From: Paragordius varius
Lineage: Eukaryota > Animalia > Nematomorpha
Assembly (NCBI GenBank): GCA_964247055.1
Contig: OZ176050.1
Span: forward strand, 13,454,001-13,518,000
DNA: 64,000 bases
Direction of reading: 5' to 3'
Shown here: piece after piece, positions 12,439 to 25,726 of the stretch
Layout of the letters: every line of letters starts with the position of its first letter
Position numbering within the stretch: the stretch's first letter is position 1
Notes under the pieces: generated by a model
What the model saw: only the letters and a program-made list of their open reading frames with translations
Database searches by the model: none
What the model was told of the DNA's origin: nothing
Position numbers and translations under genes: made by a program

Positions 12439-15400
12439 ATGTATACTTTGGATCATTTAGCAACATTTTCATGTGGACAAAATCAAAGTTAAATTATTTT
12501 TTGAAATATTTAATTTTAGGTCTACATCATCCCTTAGATGCAATAAACAAATTACGTGTGCTTGAAAAATCGAGCGGTATATGGACACAGCGTATGAAGA
12601 TACGATTGGACAAAAAGGATTTACATATATGTAGCTTTGATGATGGGGTAAACTATCTTAGAATATATTTCTTAAATTTGTTTATAATCTTATAATTTAC
12701 CATTATTTAGAGTACGACCGAGAAATTCTCACTCAACAAAATTCATGAACCCACAGCAGTTGTGACAGACGATCCCATGGAAGTCTACAACAATATTCTT
12801 ATGTTTACCGTTCCTTTAGCAGATGGAAGCAAAAAGAAAATTAATACGCTATCTGAAATTCATTTATTCCAATGTCTGTCTGTATCGGTAAAAAAATTTA
12901 CATTTCGAATTTTATCGATTTTATGTTTGAGAATATCATTATTTATATCATTATTTATATTTTTAAGGACATTTATTATACGTAATTACATATCAAGTTT
13001 ATATCATATATGTTTGCATTTTATGGTCTGTTTAAAGAAGAGGTATTAAGTGATTTTATTGTTATAATTTAACAAGTATTACATACTACTGGTTGGTTGG
13101 TTACCTTTAATATTTTTATCTCTTTTTCTCATCTTTAATTTTTATGTATATCTTGTGTTAATACATGTATGTATGTCTATAAAATTGTTGCAAAAAAACT
13201 ATTATTTTCCCATATAATCGCATCATAAGACCTGTACTATTTTCATAATTTTTGCTTCGAGTTTTTTTTCAAAAATATTCGCTGATTAATTCTTAGTATT
13301 CAACGAGACTTTAATCATAACAAATCCTTAACTTTAAGTATAATTTGTCGAAAACTTTTTATATGTAAAATTCTTCAGTCCTTCAAACATATTACGTTTA
13401 TGGTGGAAAAATTTATGACTTTTAGTTTTCATAATTTAATCCCTCTTTTTTATTATTACATCGTGGAATTGAAAAAATGTGTTTTATTACAACATATATA
13501 TTAGTATTTTTACACCTTTGACTATCTAAGAATTATCTTTTCATTTTTTTGTTCAATAAAGTGACTTTTTTATATAGGTTTGTTTAACTCAACAAGGGAG
13601 AAATAATCCTTTTAAAGCTAGCCGGCTATGTTTAACTTTTTTTTCCAAGCCTAATATTTGTCATGCGTAGTAGTTTAAACTCATTATAAAACAATATAAA
13701 ATTTATATATGCATTTTTTATAAAAAAAGAGGATTTTTTAATAATATTAATTTTATTTTTATTAATGACACTATGAAAAAAATAAAGAACATAAAAGTAC
13801 TTTTAATAAGCGTATATATATATACAGTAGCGTATGGCATAAAACAATATTAGTCCATAAAAGAATAAAGAAATGCTTTTTTTAAACTCTTGTAGAAAGT
13901 TTTGTGTTTTTGTTGATTTTGTTGTTTTATTGTTGTTAACAAATAGAGGTCAAGTCGGTAAGTCTCTTTTTTAATGTTTGAATTATACATTATAACATAT
14001 AATATTGAATAATCTTTTGCTATACAATACAGTATGAGTAAAATATATATATTGTTAGAAAGTTACTAATTATTGCCTAATAGCATATTCAGCAAAGAAA
14101 ATTATTATTGGCCATTAATAAATTGTAAAAAGTGAAAAAAATAACTAAAAGCCAAATATACTGCCCCCTTTGTTGTTTGTATGTGCTATTTGGCAATAAG
14201 TAATAACTTTCTAGCAATGTATATGCACTACTGTAGTTTTTTGAAATTTTGTGTAAAAGGAATTTTAAATTACATTGATAGAGATTTTTTGTCCCAAAAC
14301 ATGCGTAATATGTTTAGATATTAAGGCTTTTCCAATCAGATCCAAATTTTTCTGTATTAGGTTTTTTTTTCAAAATCAAATTTAAGATATACATTATATT
14401 ATAATAATCACAATCAACCAGTTGTATCGAATATTTTAATTTTTTAAAATATCATAAATTGAGAATGTGTAAATTCAAGCAATAATCTAATTTATTTTTG
14501 GTTTAAAATTACTAATTTATTTTTGGTTTACGACAAAATATATACCATTCATATGAACGGAAAGTTGTTTTTTTTGTTTAATTTTTGTAAATATACAGAA
14601 AAAGACAAAAATGAGCAAACAAATAAAATGGCAAAAGAAATATAGGGCATTATAAATTTAATTGGACATGCAAATTGATGGGTGGGTGGGTGGATTTTTG
14701 TGTGAATACTTTATGTTTTTATTTTTTTGTCCTAGTTTACTTTTTTGGGTGTAGTTTTATATCCCACAGGTCAATTTTATAATTAAACTACAGTTTTAAA
14801 AGTTATTTTAGTTAAAATTTAATTATCAAACATTGTTCTCCTGTATTATTAGATGAAAAAACTTATACTTTTGACAGTTTTGTGACTTCTAGAGCTTAAA
14901 ATTGGTACAGCTCAAAAATACGATTAAAACAAACAGCTGATATAATCAAAATATAACTAGTTTTTGCTGGTTAAATATAGCCTGAAAGCTTTTTAAAGCT
15001 ATATTTATTTACATTTTCCACATATTATATATCATTAGCGATATAAAAAATTTATAGGGAAAAAATGGCGACAAAAAAGCTTGATATGAGGATTTATAAT
15101 TTTATCTTTTTTAATAAAAAATATTTTTTTGTATAATGCGCCTAAAAGGCTAACGAAAGCTTATTTTTAAATTCGGCTTAATAGTAAATGCTTTTTAAGA
15201 TGTTTAAAATTTAAATAGCTCTGGTATATAAAATTACAACAAAAGGTAATGGAGTTTTAAGCCAATATAGTATTTATGTGTGCATTTAAATTTTTTATGT
15301 CCCTATCTATCACCAGAGAATTTATTAAAATATTTTGTAAAAAACATTATATATGATGGAAATGACGGATTGATATAATTTTTTCTAATTTATTATGAAA

Positions 15401-16888
15401 TCCCCGTAATATAAAAAATTAAAATAATTTTTTTTTAAATTTAATACATACCATTTACAATGCAAATTAACCCTTCAAATCAAATTCGCCCTTGAATAAT
15501 TCATATTCTCCCTAAAAATAAATTGCATGTCTTTGGGCTACTATAACTCATCATTAATATGAAATATATTTTTACGACATTGTATATTATTTTTTCAGCA
15601 TTATATTAATTTTAAACAAAATTCCATATTTTAAATATATTAAAAAATATAGGTAATTTTCAATTTTTTAAAAAAACATAATTTATTTAGGGTTAATTTG
15701 AACTGTAAATGGTATATATTAAAATATGAAAAAACCGTTCGCCAATAGTAATCATAGATTAGTTTCGTATTTAGTAAAAAGAATTATTTTAGTCAGTTTA
15801 ATTTTACTTATTATTTCACGGATTTGAGAGTTATTATTATACACGATAATAATTTTATCAATCTTTTTCAATGGTGAATTTGTAAATAATTAAATTTTTA
15901 AAAACTTCCAAATTAAAATATATAATTTCTTTTACAATTTTTACGATTAATTTTGGGAAAATCTTCAAAAAATTTACCGGAAAAAAATTTGTGATGATAC
16001 CTTTTGTGATTCTTTGTTATAGTTAGACAAATAATTTTTTTTAAATATTTTTAGCTTTTTTCAATAATATATATACTCAAAATTATTTGGTTTAATAATA
16101 AATAATCAAACAATACGACATGACAGTTTTTTGTGAATATGTGATATTTTCCTGTTTTTTTATTCCTTCCTTTCAAACACAAAACTGAGCGCTAAATATC
16201 TCTAAATTGATTTTCTCAAAAAACAAGAGAAAAGGTAGGCGCGCGCACAGGTAACACATTTTTACGAATATATATATATTGTTTCATACCTGTTTCAAGT
16301 TTCAAACTATTGAATGTTTAGTTGTTATGTTTTTTTGGTATGCATTGTTTGCAATTGCAAATAATTAATTTTTATTTAGCATACCTGTTATACGAACAAA
16401 CAAACAAATCGAAATAAGAATATTAGTTAGTATTTAGTTTTTTTGGTGAAAATTCAAATTTTTTTATCATTCTAAAACCAAACACTTTTATTAAACTTCA
16501 CTAAGTTGGAAGAAACATAAAACTATATATGGTTTTTACTCTTCTCTCCTTTTAACAAAATTGAATAAATTATTACTTTTTGTATATTAATATAATCTGA
16601 CGACTAAATCTCTTGAAATTTTTGGCTAGAAAATACATATTTTTTATTTGAATACATACCTAGCTTAGATTAGCTTAAATAAATAATGCAAAAAAAAATT
16701 TTTTTCGTAATGCTCTACTTTTGTTTTATATAGGTAGGTAGGTAGATATATTAGCATAGCATATTTTGAATAACTTTCTTATATTTCTCTACCTGCCTTT
16801 ACAACATTTAGTTTTTAGATTTTATTTTTCGTATACATTGTTGCGCAAATAAACCGGAAAATTGGAGTTTTCCTTATTCTGAAATATA

Positions 16889-16930
<42 letters not shown>

Positions 16931-16966
16931 GCATAGAATTAGGATTGAAATGCATTTTTATCACAG

Positions 16967-17004
<38 letters not shown>

Positions 17005-18043
17005 TGTGTTTGTTTTGTCATAAATCCTGAACAAATATGACAGTAAAAACATAAATTATTTGACTAAAAAATATTTTTTGAGAGATGAAAATTGTTATTA
17101 ATTTTGCGTTCCTAAGATTTTTTAAAACATTCCTTGATTGAAAAAAAGTTATAAACTTAGTTTTATCAGGCATGTTAATAAAAAGCGAATCAATTAAAGC
17201 ATATATATTAGTAAAAATCTTGAAAATTGTATAAAATTTTTTATAAATTTATATTAATCTTTTTATTTCTTGAATGTGAAAGTTAAATAATAATAGGCTT
17301 TTTTCATTTTTGAAACTCATGTGTGTGTCATTATAAAGTTTGGCTATTTATGATTGTAGAAAAATAATTAGGCTATCTATGAATTTATAAAAATGGAATT
17401 CCGAATTCCAGAGACCTTCATTCATTTTTTGCACCAAAAATTCCTAAGAATCTAAATTAAAATTGAAATGCCATATTTTTATTTTAAAAAAAAACTAGAA
17501 ATTCGATTTTTTCGATGTCATCGGGTATTATTGTTATAGTGTGGTTGAATGTTAATTGATGTTTGCCGATATCTAATATAATTATTGAACATTATCATTA
17601 AATTTTCTGTATTTTCTGTTACACGTTTCATACTTTATCCATATTGAGTAATTATATAAAATTTTTTAAAATTAACTTAAATTTAATGTGCAACCTTATA
17701 TAATAATATTTAAAATGTTATTTTATATAAAAATATTCAAATAAACATTTTTATGTGTTTAGTTTATTAGCTTTATTTTCTTTATAATTTTTTTATTTTT
17801 TGATAGGCACAAGAAATCGTTGATGAAATCAATCGATTGAAATCCGGTTCCAAAAGCAAGAAAACGCCCAAAAGGTAAATTAATTTTTCTAATGAGTGAA
17901 TATTTTAATCAATAAGTTATACTGCTGTAAATATATTTTTTTATCAAAAATTGAAAAATATTAACATTTTCATAAGTTATATTGAATAAAAATATTATAG
18001 CCGAAATAATCGAAAGTTTATAATTGGTTTTATTTAATATTTA

Positions 18044-18075
<32 letters not shown>

Positions 18076-21000
18076 AGGGTTAAGGTATATTAAGTATTAA
18101 AATTGAAATTTTCTACAATTCCAATATAAATATTGCCGAATTTTATGTATTTGTAATATGCTTAAACGCAGACGATATATGAACATATATCGTCAATCAT
18201 CTTTGCCTAAGTTTTTAAAGATATAATTAAAAATACCATAAATGGTTCGGATATTTATCCCTTTTTAATTAATTTAAAATTATTACTGGACTCGCGAAAG
18301 TTTTAACATTCGCCTGCCCGGGCTGACAGTGATGATAGAAAATATACCCAGTTTCACGAACTCTGGTCCAATATACTGCTCATTTTAAAACAATGGGATA
18401 TTAATTTAATTTTCCAAGCACCAAATTATATCCTGTCACATTTTTCCACATGCGATATGACCAAAAAAATACGCATAATTGCAACAACCTAAATTCACAT
18501 TTTCATACTTTTTTTAGCTACTATGTCCCTCCACAATTTGGTTCTACTTTTAATTCTGCCGGCGGTCCTTTCATGCAACACCCTGCCAACATTGGTGGCG
18601 CAGCATTTGGGGCCAGTAAATCCCTTATGAATATCCACGAATATTATGGTAACAATTCAAATACGAACGCTGCTTTCACACCAATAGTTTCGCCTGTCAC
18701 ACCTCAATACCCCCCTCATTATTTGAATGGCATCGGGGGTTTAATCGCCCCCCCAAATGGTTCGCCTTATTCTATGAATAATCATTCTTTACAACATCAA
18801 CAACAACAGCACACTTCTATGCAATATATACCAATTAATAACCTTTCACATCATCGCATATACAATAATTCTAATGCAAATTCCCCTCTCTCTCATACAG
18901 CAGCAATGTACACCAATCATAATAATGTTATTAATGATCGCCATAACACGAGTTTCATGTCAGAAAAACAAGCACATTATATACAAGAAGAAACAGACTC
19001 TAAAGGGAATGTGAGATGTAGGACGACGACTCAAGAACCACGCTTGTCAATTCACAATTATGCGTATCGGAAAGCAGCTTTGAATCATACCAATAATAAT
19101 CAGCTGTCATCAAGGAGTTACAATGATTTACATAACATTCAAAACCAACAAAATGTACATGCTACAAATTATAATAGCCATAATTTTAACAATAAACCAA
19201 ATCCGAATCCTCCCTTGTCTCCTGCATCATTCTCAATGATATCCGCCTCAACACATAAAAGTATTGTGCATGATATTAAAATTAAACTAGAGATAACTTT
19301 GAATTGATTTTAAAAAATTCCAAAGATTTTAAATAGGACAATATAAAAGAGTATCAAATTTGTTTCATAATATACATAAAAAGATTAAAGTTTTCAAGTT
19401 TTATTGTATGACAGTTGAATGATTATAAAATACTACATAATTTTTTGAATGTAAGATTAAAATAGTTTAAAATAAAACAATTTGTTTGATGGTAGAGGGA
19501 AAATTTTAATTTGGTTTAATGAATTTTCCTCTTTATTTATTCATCATAATATTTAAAATTTTGCTCTTTAGAATTTCCCAATCAACACCCTAACTCAAAC
19601 AATTACAATGGACATAATAGTTTACAAAAAGCGACGGATCATCGATCGAATAATGGCAACAATTTTTCACATTTTGCACCAGATGATGGAACTGAATCCA
19701 TTATATCACAACAAACTGAACATGATGTGGTAATATTTTGAAATTTTTAAACTTTGTAAAAAGTTAGATTTTGAAAAAGGATTAATGATTTTATCTCGAA
19801 TATAATATATTATTTACAGTTCAAATTCAACCGTGAACAATTCGAATTCACCTTAAAATATATATAAGATTAAAAATAAGCTATTCTGTTTAAAATTAAA
19901 TGCTAAAAAAATAATAAACTATGTCATAAAGATATATTTCATTTCAATAATGATGATTTATATTAGCCCGATAACTTATTTTTTGGGGGGCAAATTCGAA
20001 TCGTTTAAGGCTGAATTTGAACTGTAAATGGTATATATAAATTTTTTATCATTGTTTCCGCATTTATTGCCGAATCAATTATGATTAATATAACTTTTTT
20101 TACGATTAGTATATATATCTATTTACTGCTTCATCCAAAATTAATATTATTAAGTAATTTTAGAGCTTATAATAACATTTTTAGTTTATTTTCAAGGTTA
20201 CAGCTACACACCTGTGTACGAATTATGTAAATGTTTTTATAACTCTATAAGTATAAAAGAATGAGATTCGTAATTAATTTATTATCAAAATTGTCAAAGT
20301 CATCGTCCACATTATTTACTGTATTTAGTTTTATATAACAATTCACCATTAGAATATTTTTTTTCATTAGAATATATTATTATTATCGATTTATTTTTAG
20401 TTAATGCTTAACCATTGTTTCGATGACATTGAAAATTTTGTGTCAAAGATCCAGCATTCAAGTGCCGCCCTGCGTGAATTGGAAAAACGCAAAGCCATGT
20501 CCAAAAAGAATCCAAAAATTATGGCTGGAAGTATATAATATGCAGCGAAAATTAACCTAATATAAACGAGCTTTCTTAAAAAATTTATTTTTTCGTTCAA
20601 TGGGGGTATAAATATTTGTTAAAGAATGGAAAAAACAAGAGCTCTATGGTAGTATTAACAATATCATAATCATCAAAAAATTATAAGAATTACCATAGAG
20701 CTTTTGTTTTTTCCATTCTTTACTACCAAATATTTATACCCCCATTTAACGAAAAAAATAAATTTTTGATAAAATAAAGGATACATGACTGTAATAAACG
20801 AGCTTACTTAAAAAATTATTATATTAGTTTTTTGATATTTTGTTATAATTGACTATTTAGTTATTTGCTTTAATCAGCTAAAATTATATGAATTTATTGG
20901 GGTGAATTTTCGATTAAGTACTAGTAATCTTTGTCAAACGTAAAAACTAAAATTAAAATATAAACTAAAAATTAAAGTATAAAGTTAAAATATTTTATGA

Positions 21001-24000
21001 TATGTTTGCTAATTGATTAAAAAACTATTTCTGAACCGACTTACTAAAGGGTTTGAATGTGTGAAAGGAAAAACAACCATATTTTACAGTAGCGGGATAA
21101 AATATTTTAACTTTATACTTTAATTTTTAGTTTATATTTTAATTTTATTACTTACGTTTGACAAAGATTACTAGTGGTTATCGATAATTCACCCCAATAA
21201 ATTCATATAATTTTAGCTAAATTACAATTGCACAATAATAACAAAATAGTCAATTATAGCAAATATAAAAAAAAACTAATATAATAATTTTTTAAGTAAG
21301 GTAATAAAACATTTTGATACGAACGAACCATTCTCAAAGCTAATTATAGTTTTATTTTATATGATTCAATTTATATCATTATTTTATATTTATATTATAT
21401 AGGTGGAATGTTAAGTTTACGAGCTAAACCACCGAATGAGGCTGAATTCATTGATATTTTACAGAAATTTAAATTGGCCTTCAATTTGTTGGCCCGACTG
21501 AAGAATTGCATTAGGGACCCGAGTGCCCCTGAATTGGTGCATTTTCTTATTCGCCCGCTTGAAATGATTGTAGTTTACCTTAAAGTAAGCTCTACTACTT
21601 TTTTATGCATTTACAACAGTAAAAAACGGGGAAATATAAAGACAAATATTTTGTTTTAAAAAGACAGGCCCATATTTTTTGTTTGATTTTTTTTAAAGAT
21701 ATAACTAACTCATTGTTTTAAACTACTACAAAGTATAGGATAGAAAGTAAATTAGCACAATCAATTATGTATTTTACTATTGTAATTAAATTATATTTAT
21801 AGGATAAATTAAGGTTTAAAAAAGTATGGTTTTTTTGAAAATAAAAAATGTGTCTTTATATTTTTACATTTTGTCCGTATGATTTCAATTTTTACTGTAA
21901 TAAAATGTTTTTACTCTCTTGGATAATTTATTAAAAGTTTTATTTTGGTTACAAGAAGATTTCGAATAAAATTATTGATTATGGAGAAAAATATGTCAAG
22001 TAGTTATTTTAATTAATATAATTTTAGTGTGATTTATTTTGTTTATAGACCTGGTTTAATTTAAGACTTATTAAGATCATTTTGTATTTTAAAATGGGAT
22101 ATAGTCCTTATAAAAAGCAAATTGTATTTATTTACTAGTGCTTAATCAACAAAATAACCTTTGTTGAAAAATAAAAAATTATCACTTTTTAAGCCACATT
22201 TTTTAGCCAAGTTTTAAAAGTATTTTTGTTTTTATATCTTTACGTTTTGTCCGTATAATTTCACTTTTTACTGTATTATATGTTAAATAAAACCTTAATG
22301 ATAAATAAAAAAATTTATTTTCTTCAATATATTTTTTAAAAATCTTTTATCCAATGTATCATATAGCAACATAACAATGGTTCGAGTGAATTAACACAAC
22401 ACATTGTTACACCCCTGCTTACAACCAAAGCTATTGATTTGCTCAACGAATGTTTAACCAACAAAGAGGTCACTTTCTGGAAAACTTTGGGGGAGGCTTG
22501 GAATTTTGCTCAGTAAAACATAAAACTCTACTTAATAATATAATCTTGCTTGTTTAATTAATATTATTGAATCAAACATTTTTAATGTATACCATTTCCA
22601 ATTCAAATTTACCCTTGAACAATTGAATTTACCCTTGAACAAGTCAAACTCATCCTAAAAATATATTATGAGTTTTCGAGATAATATTACTCATCATTAA
22701 TATGAAATATATTTTTAAGACATAGTTTATTATTTTCTCAGTATAATATTAATTTTAAATAGAATTTTATATTTAAAAAATATTAAAATATAAAGGTAAT
22801 TTTTAATCTTAAAAAACACATAATTTATTTTAGGGTGAATATGAATTGTTCGAGGGTGAATTTGAACTGTAAATGCTATAATTAACTCTCGATTGGTTAC
22901 ACCAACCAAAAAGCTTGATATGTATCTTCATAATCTTTATGGAGTTTTATATATGTAGACAAAAATATTTAATGATATATATATATAATCTAAATTCAAA
23001 TAAACATATAATTTGATTATCAATGCATTTAATAACCTTATACCATAATTTACATATATAACTTTATAAAAAATTCTAAAACTTTTTCATAAAATATAAT
23101 ATGTCATATATAGGGATCATTTTCATGGATATGCTCAAAACTTTTCTCCCGTTTTTAATGATGGTTGGCAAGCCCGATACCAGAGTTCCGAAATCGATAA
23201 AATGAGTGAAATATCGGTTATTTTCCATTTAAATATTTTTACTAATTTCAATATTCATAATTAAAACAAATTCTTGATGTGAAGAGTAAAAAGTTTTGAT
23301 AGGGAGCTAACAATTTTAAATTGATAGATACTGTCACATTTTCATAGAATCGTCATATTTTATATACTTTTTATTATATAGCCTATACTATGTTGTAAGG
23401 CTTGAAAATTTTTATGTAGTTTAGGGTTTTTTACCATATATTACCAACTTACTCGTTTAGCTCATGTTAAAAAATTAAGATAAGTTAGTATGGTTGATTT
23501 TATAAAATAATTGACAACTTTCAATTTAACCTTGTTAATTTAAAAAAATTTATATTTTGCTCTATAAATGTTTTCACTAAGACTAAGTAATGGTAATAAT
23601 TTTTTTATTTCCCTTGAAAAACTTTACTACATAAGACAAAACATCATTTAATGTTAAGGTATAAAAAAAATCTGTAATTTTCTTTATAGAATGGACTTAT
23701 TCGACCATCAAGTGGTCGACTACCTCACCATACTACTAATGGTCAAAAAAGCCCAAGTTTAACCAACAATTCAAACAGTCAAAGGCAGCTGCTTAGATCT
23801 TCTCCGGCCTCCCCATTGAGTATGGAACAGGATAGTGGGTATAAATTTATACCGCATTATTTATGATAGGAGTTTTAATTTTATGATTTTTATTAGGCTT
23901 AATTTATGAAAACTATGCGATAGTTTATCAAAAAATATTTGGTGAATATGGCAGAAATTGTTTAATTTTTAATTTCTTTCAAACAAATTCAATTGTTTTA

Positions 24001-25726
24001 CGTACTATGCTGGAATCTTGATTTACATACCATATTACTTTTTTTGTCCATAATCCAAAATTTTTAATCATTTAACTCTAATACTTAAACACGATAAAGT
24101 TGTAATTCGAAATTCTGCAATATAATTAAAATATGCTAAACACTATTTAACTAATGATTATTATGTAATAAAAGCTTTATCACATCATCCAATCAAACTT
24201 CAAACAATAACAACACTGAAACAAAAAATCATTTTAACATCAACAATAATAATGGGCCAGCTTATCAAACTGTAAACAAGACGCGTTCACCCTTACCCCC
24301 TATACCTACCTCTAATGCTAATTCTAATTCTACAACATCAAAATTAACAAAACCATTCAATAATAAATTTGTTGAAAAATGTGATTTTCAACGTACCACC
24401 GATGATAAAAGCAATGATGAAAGCAATTTAAGTAGCAATACCAACAGTTTTTATTACCATAACAATGATGGAAACGGGGCTTACAGTGATATACAGTAAA
24501 AATTTTGAATTATAAAGTTTAAGACATATGTATTACGTCTACAGAGAGACAGTTATATTTTTTGAGAAACTTGTTGATTTAATCTCTAGATAGGATATAA
24601 TATTATCTATTACCAATTTTTATCTCTTTCACTACTTTTGCAATGGATATAGTAAAAATGATGATGGGTACAGGGATATACAGTAAAAGTTTAAATTATA
24701 TAGTTACAAAACTTACTTAAAAAAGACAAATTTTTAAATTATATATTTAATCCTTAATTTTAAATACCCTTTCATGATATGTATGTTACCATTAACATCT
24801 CTTTCCCTTAATTTGTAACCCAAAAAAGTAAGTTATAAATGAAATTTAAGGTTTAAAATATATGGTTGTTTGTGTTTTAATTTTTACGTTTTGTTATAAT
24901 TTCTCTTTTAACTGTAAGATCTACACCACCAGTTCCTAATCAAAATGCTGGCGGACAACACTTTATGAGGAGGAATGTGTTGGATCAAAAAGCCGAATTT
25001 TGTGAATACTTGAGAGAAACACGAAGCAAAGCCTATGAGGTTATGTTTGATCGTGAAAGCAAAAATCCCAAGGAATTAACTGTTTCCAAGGGGGAAATTT
25101 TACAGGTAATACATATTTTAAAGCATTCTAATATCACATTAAAGTTTACATGATATTATGTTCATAAAAATCTATGTTTTGCTTTTTTCTGTTAACAAAG
25201 TAATTTAAAGCATTATTAAACTGGAAATTTTGATATTAATGTATAAACATTTAAGGAGGAATTACTTTGAGATTATAGCACAAGTTTTGACATGCCAAGT
25301 GTAATATAATCATTAAAATAAAGTTAGATCACTGAAACATTTAGAGTTGATAAAAAAAGTCACAAAAATTGAAATTTTACAGGCAAATTGTAAAATAACG
25401 ACAATTTTTTTTTCAAAACACTTATTTTAAACCTTGATTATTTTTAAATATATAATTGAGTCTTTACCAATTTACATTTATATTAAAACAAAACGATAAT
25501 TCATATTTAATAAAAATAAGATTTAAAAAACGCGGTTTTCTTTTGGAAAAAAATAAGGTTTGTCGTTATACTTTTACACTTTGTTTATATAATTTTCATT
25601 TTTTATTCTTTATCTCCCCAGATACTTGATGATAACCGTAATTGGTGGAAAGCAAGGAATTACTTGAATGAGATTGGATATGTCCCATATACTATTCTTC
25701 GACCATATTCCTTTTTTGATTCATAA
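12439..25726 (+). CDS. EPS8: EPS8-family (arouser-like) adaptor: PTB, central conserved region, SH3; 14 exons
   Basis: Exons 12439-12487, 12520-12647, 12711-12887, 17807-17874, 18518-19260, 19572-19729, 20401-20530, 21403-21584, 22367-22512, 23114-23216, 23690-23838, 24175-24495, 24919-25105, 25622-25726 splice in frame. PTB: HLATF..GIWTQRM..YNNILMF..IHLFQC. Central: [42 protein letters not shown]3: [32 protein letters not shown]. Confidence 0.93.
15451..15712. mobile_element. Subfamily A copy
   Basis: cata|ccatttacaatgc ... aactgtaaatgg|tata. Confidence 0.85.
16899..17002. repeat. (TA)n microsatellites
   Basis: Two TA runs here; others at ~691-717, ~18050-18075 and ~55505-55545. Confidence 0.95.
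19811..20031. mobile_element. Subfamily A copy
   Basis: tatttacagttcaaattc ... gaactgtaaatgg|tata. Confidence 0.8.
20577..20767. repeat. Fold-back (about 78-bp arms) in EPS8 intron 7
   Basis: ttttttcgttcaatgggggtataaatatttg..agctctatggta is mirrored by taccatagagct..caaatatttataccccatttaacgaaaaaa. Confidence 0.9.
20803..21300. repeat. Fold-back (about 200-bp arms) in EPS8 intron 7
   Basis: cttacttaaaaaattattatattag..tattggggtgaatt..ctagtaatctttgtcaaacgtaa..aaagttaaaatatttt is mirrored at 21087-21300. Confidence 0.9.
21617..21897. mobile_element. MITE family T copy (EPS8 intron 8)
   Basis: cagtaaaaaacggggaaatataaagac ... ttttgtccgtatgatttcaatttttactg|ta; another right end at ~22272. Confidence 0.75.
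22592..22876. mobile_element. Subfamily A copy
   Basis: tata|ccatttccaattcaaatttacccttgaac ... gaactgtaaatgc|tata. Confidence 0.85.
24494..24914. mobile_element. MITE family T, partly duplicated, spanning an EPS8 intron
   Basis: ta|cagtaaaa at 24494 and 24681; right end tttttacgttttgttataatttctcttttaactg|ta at 24914; aaggtttaaaatatatggttg is shared with copy 8398-8685. Confidence 0.75.

Noticed and set aside
14678-14695. gggtgggtgggtgg possible G-quadruplex
   Set aside because: Only three full G3 runs; a simple microsatellite.
22511-22520. EPS8 donor ca|gtaaaac resembling the family-T TIR
   Set aside because: Not preceded by TA, similarity ends after 8 nt, and there is no matching TIR at the acceptor end.
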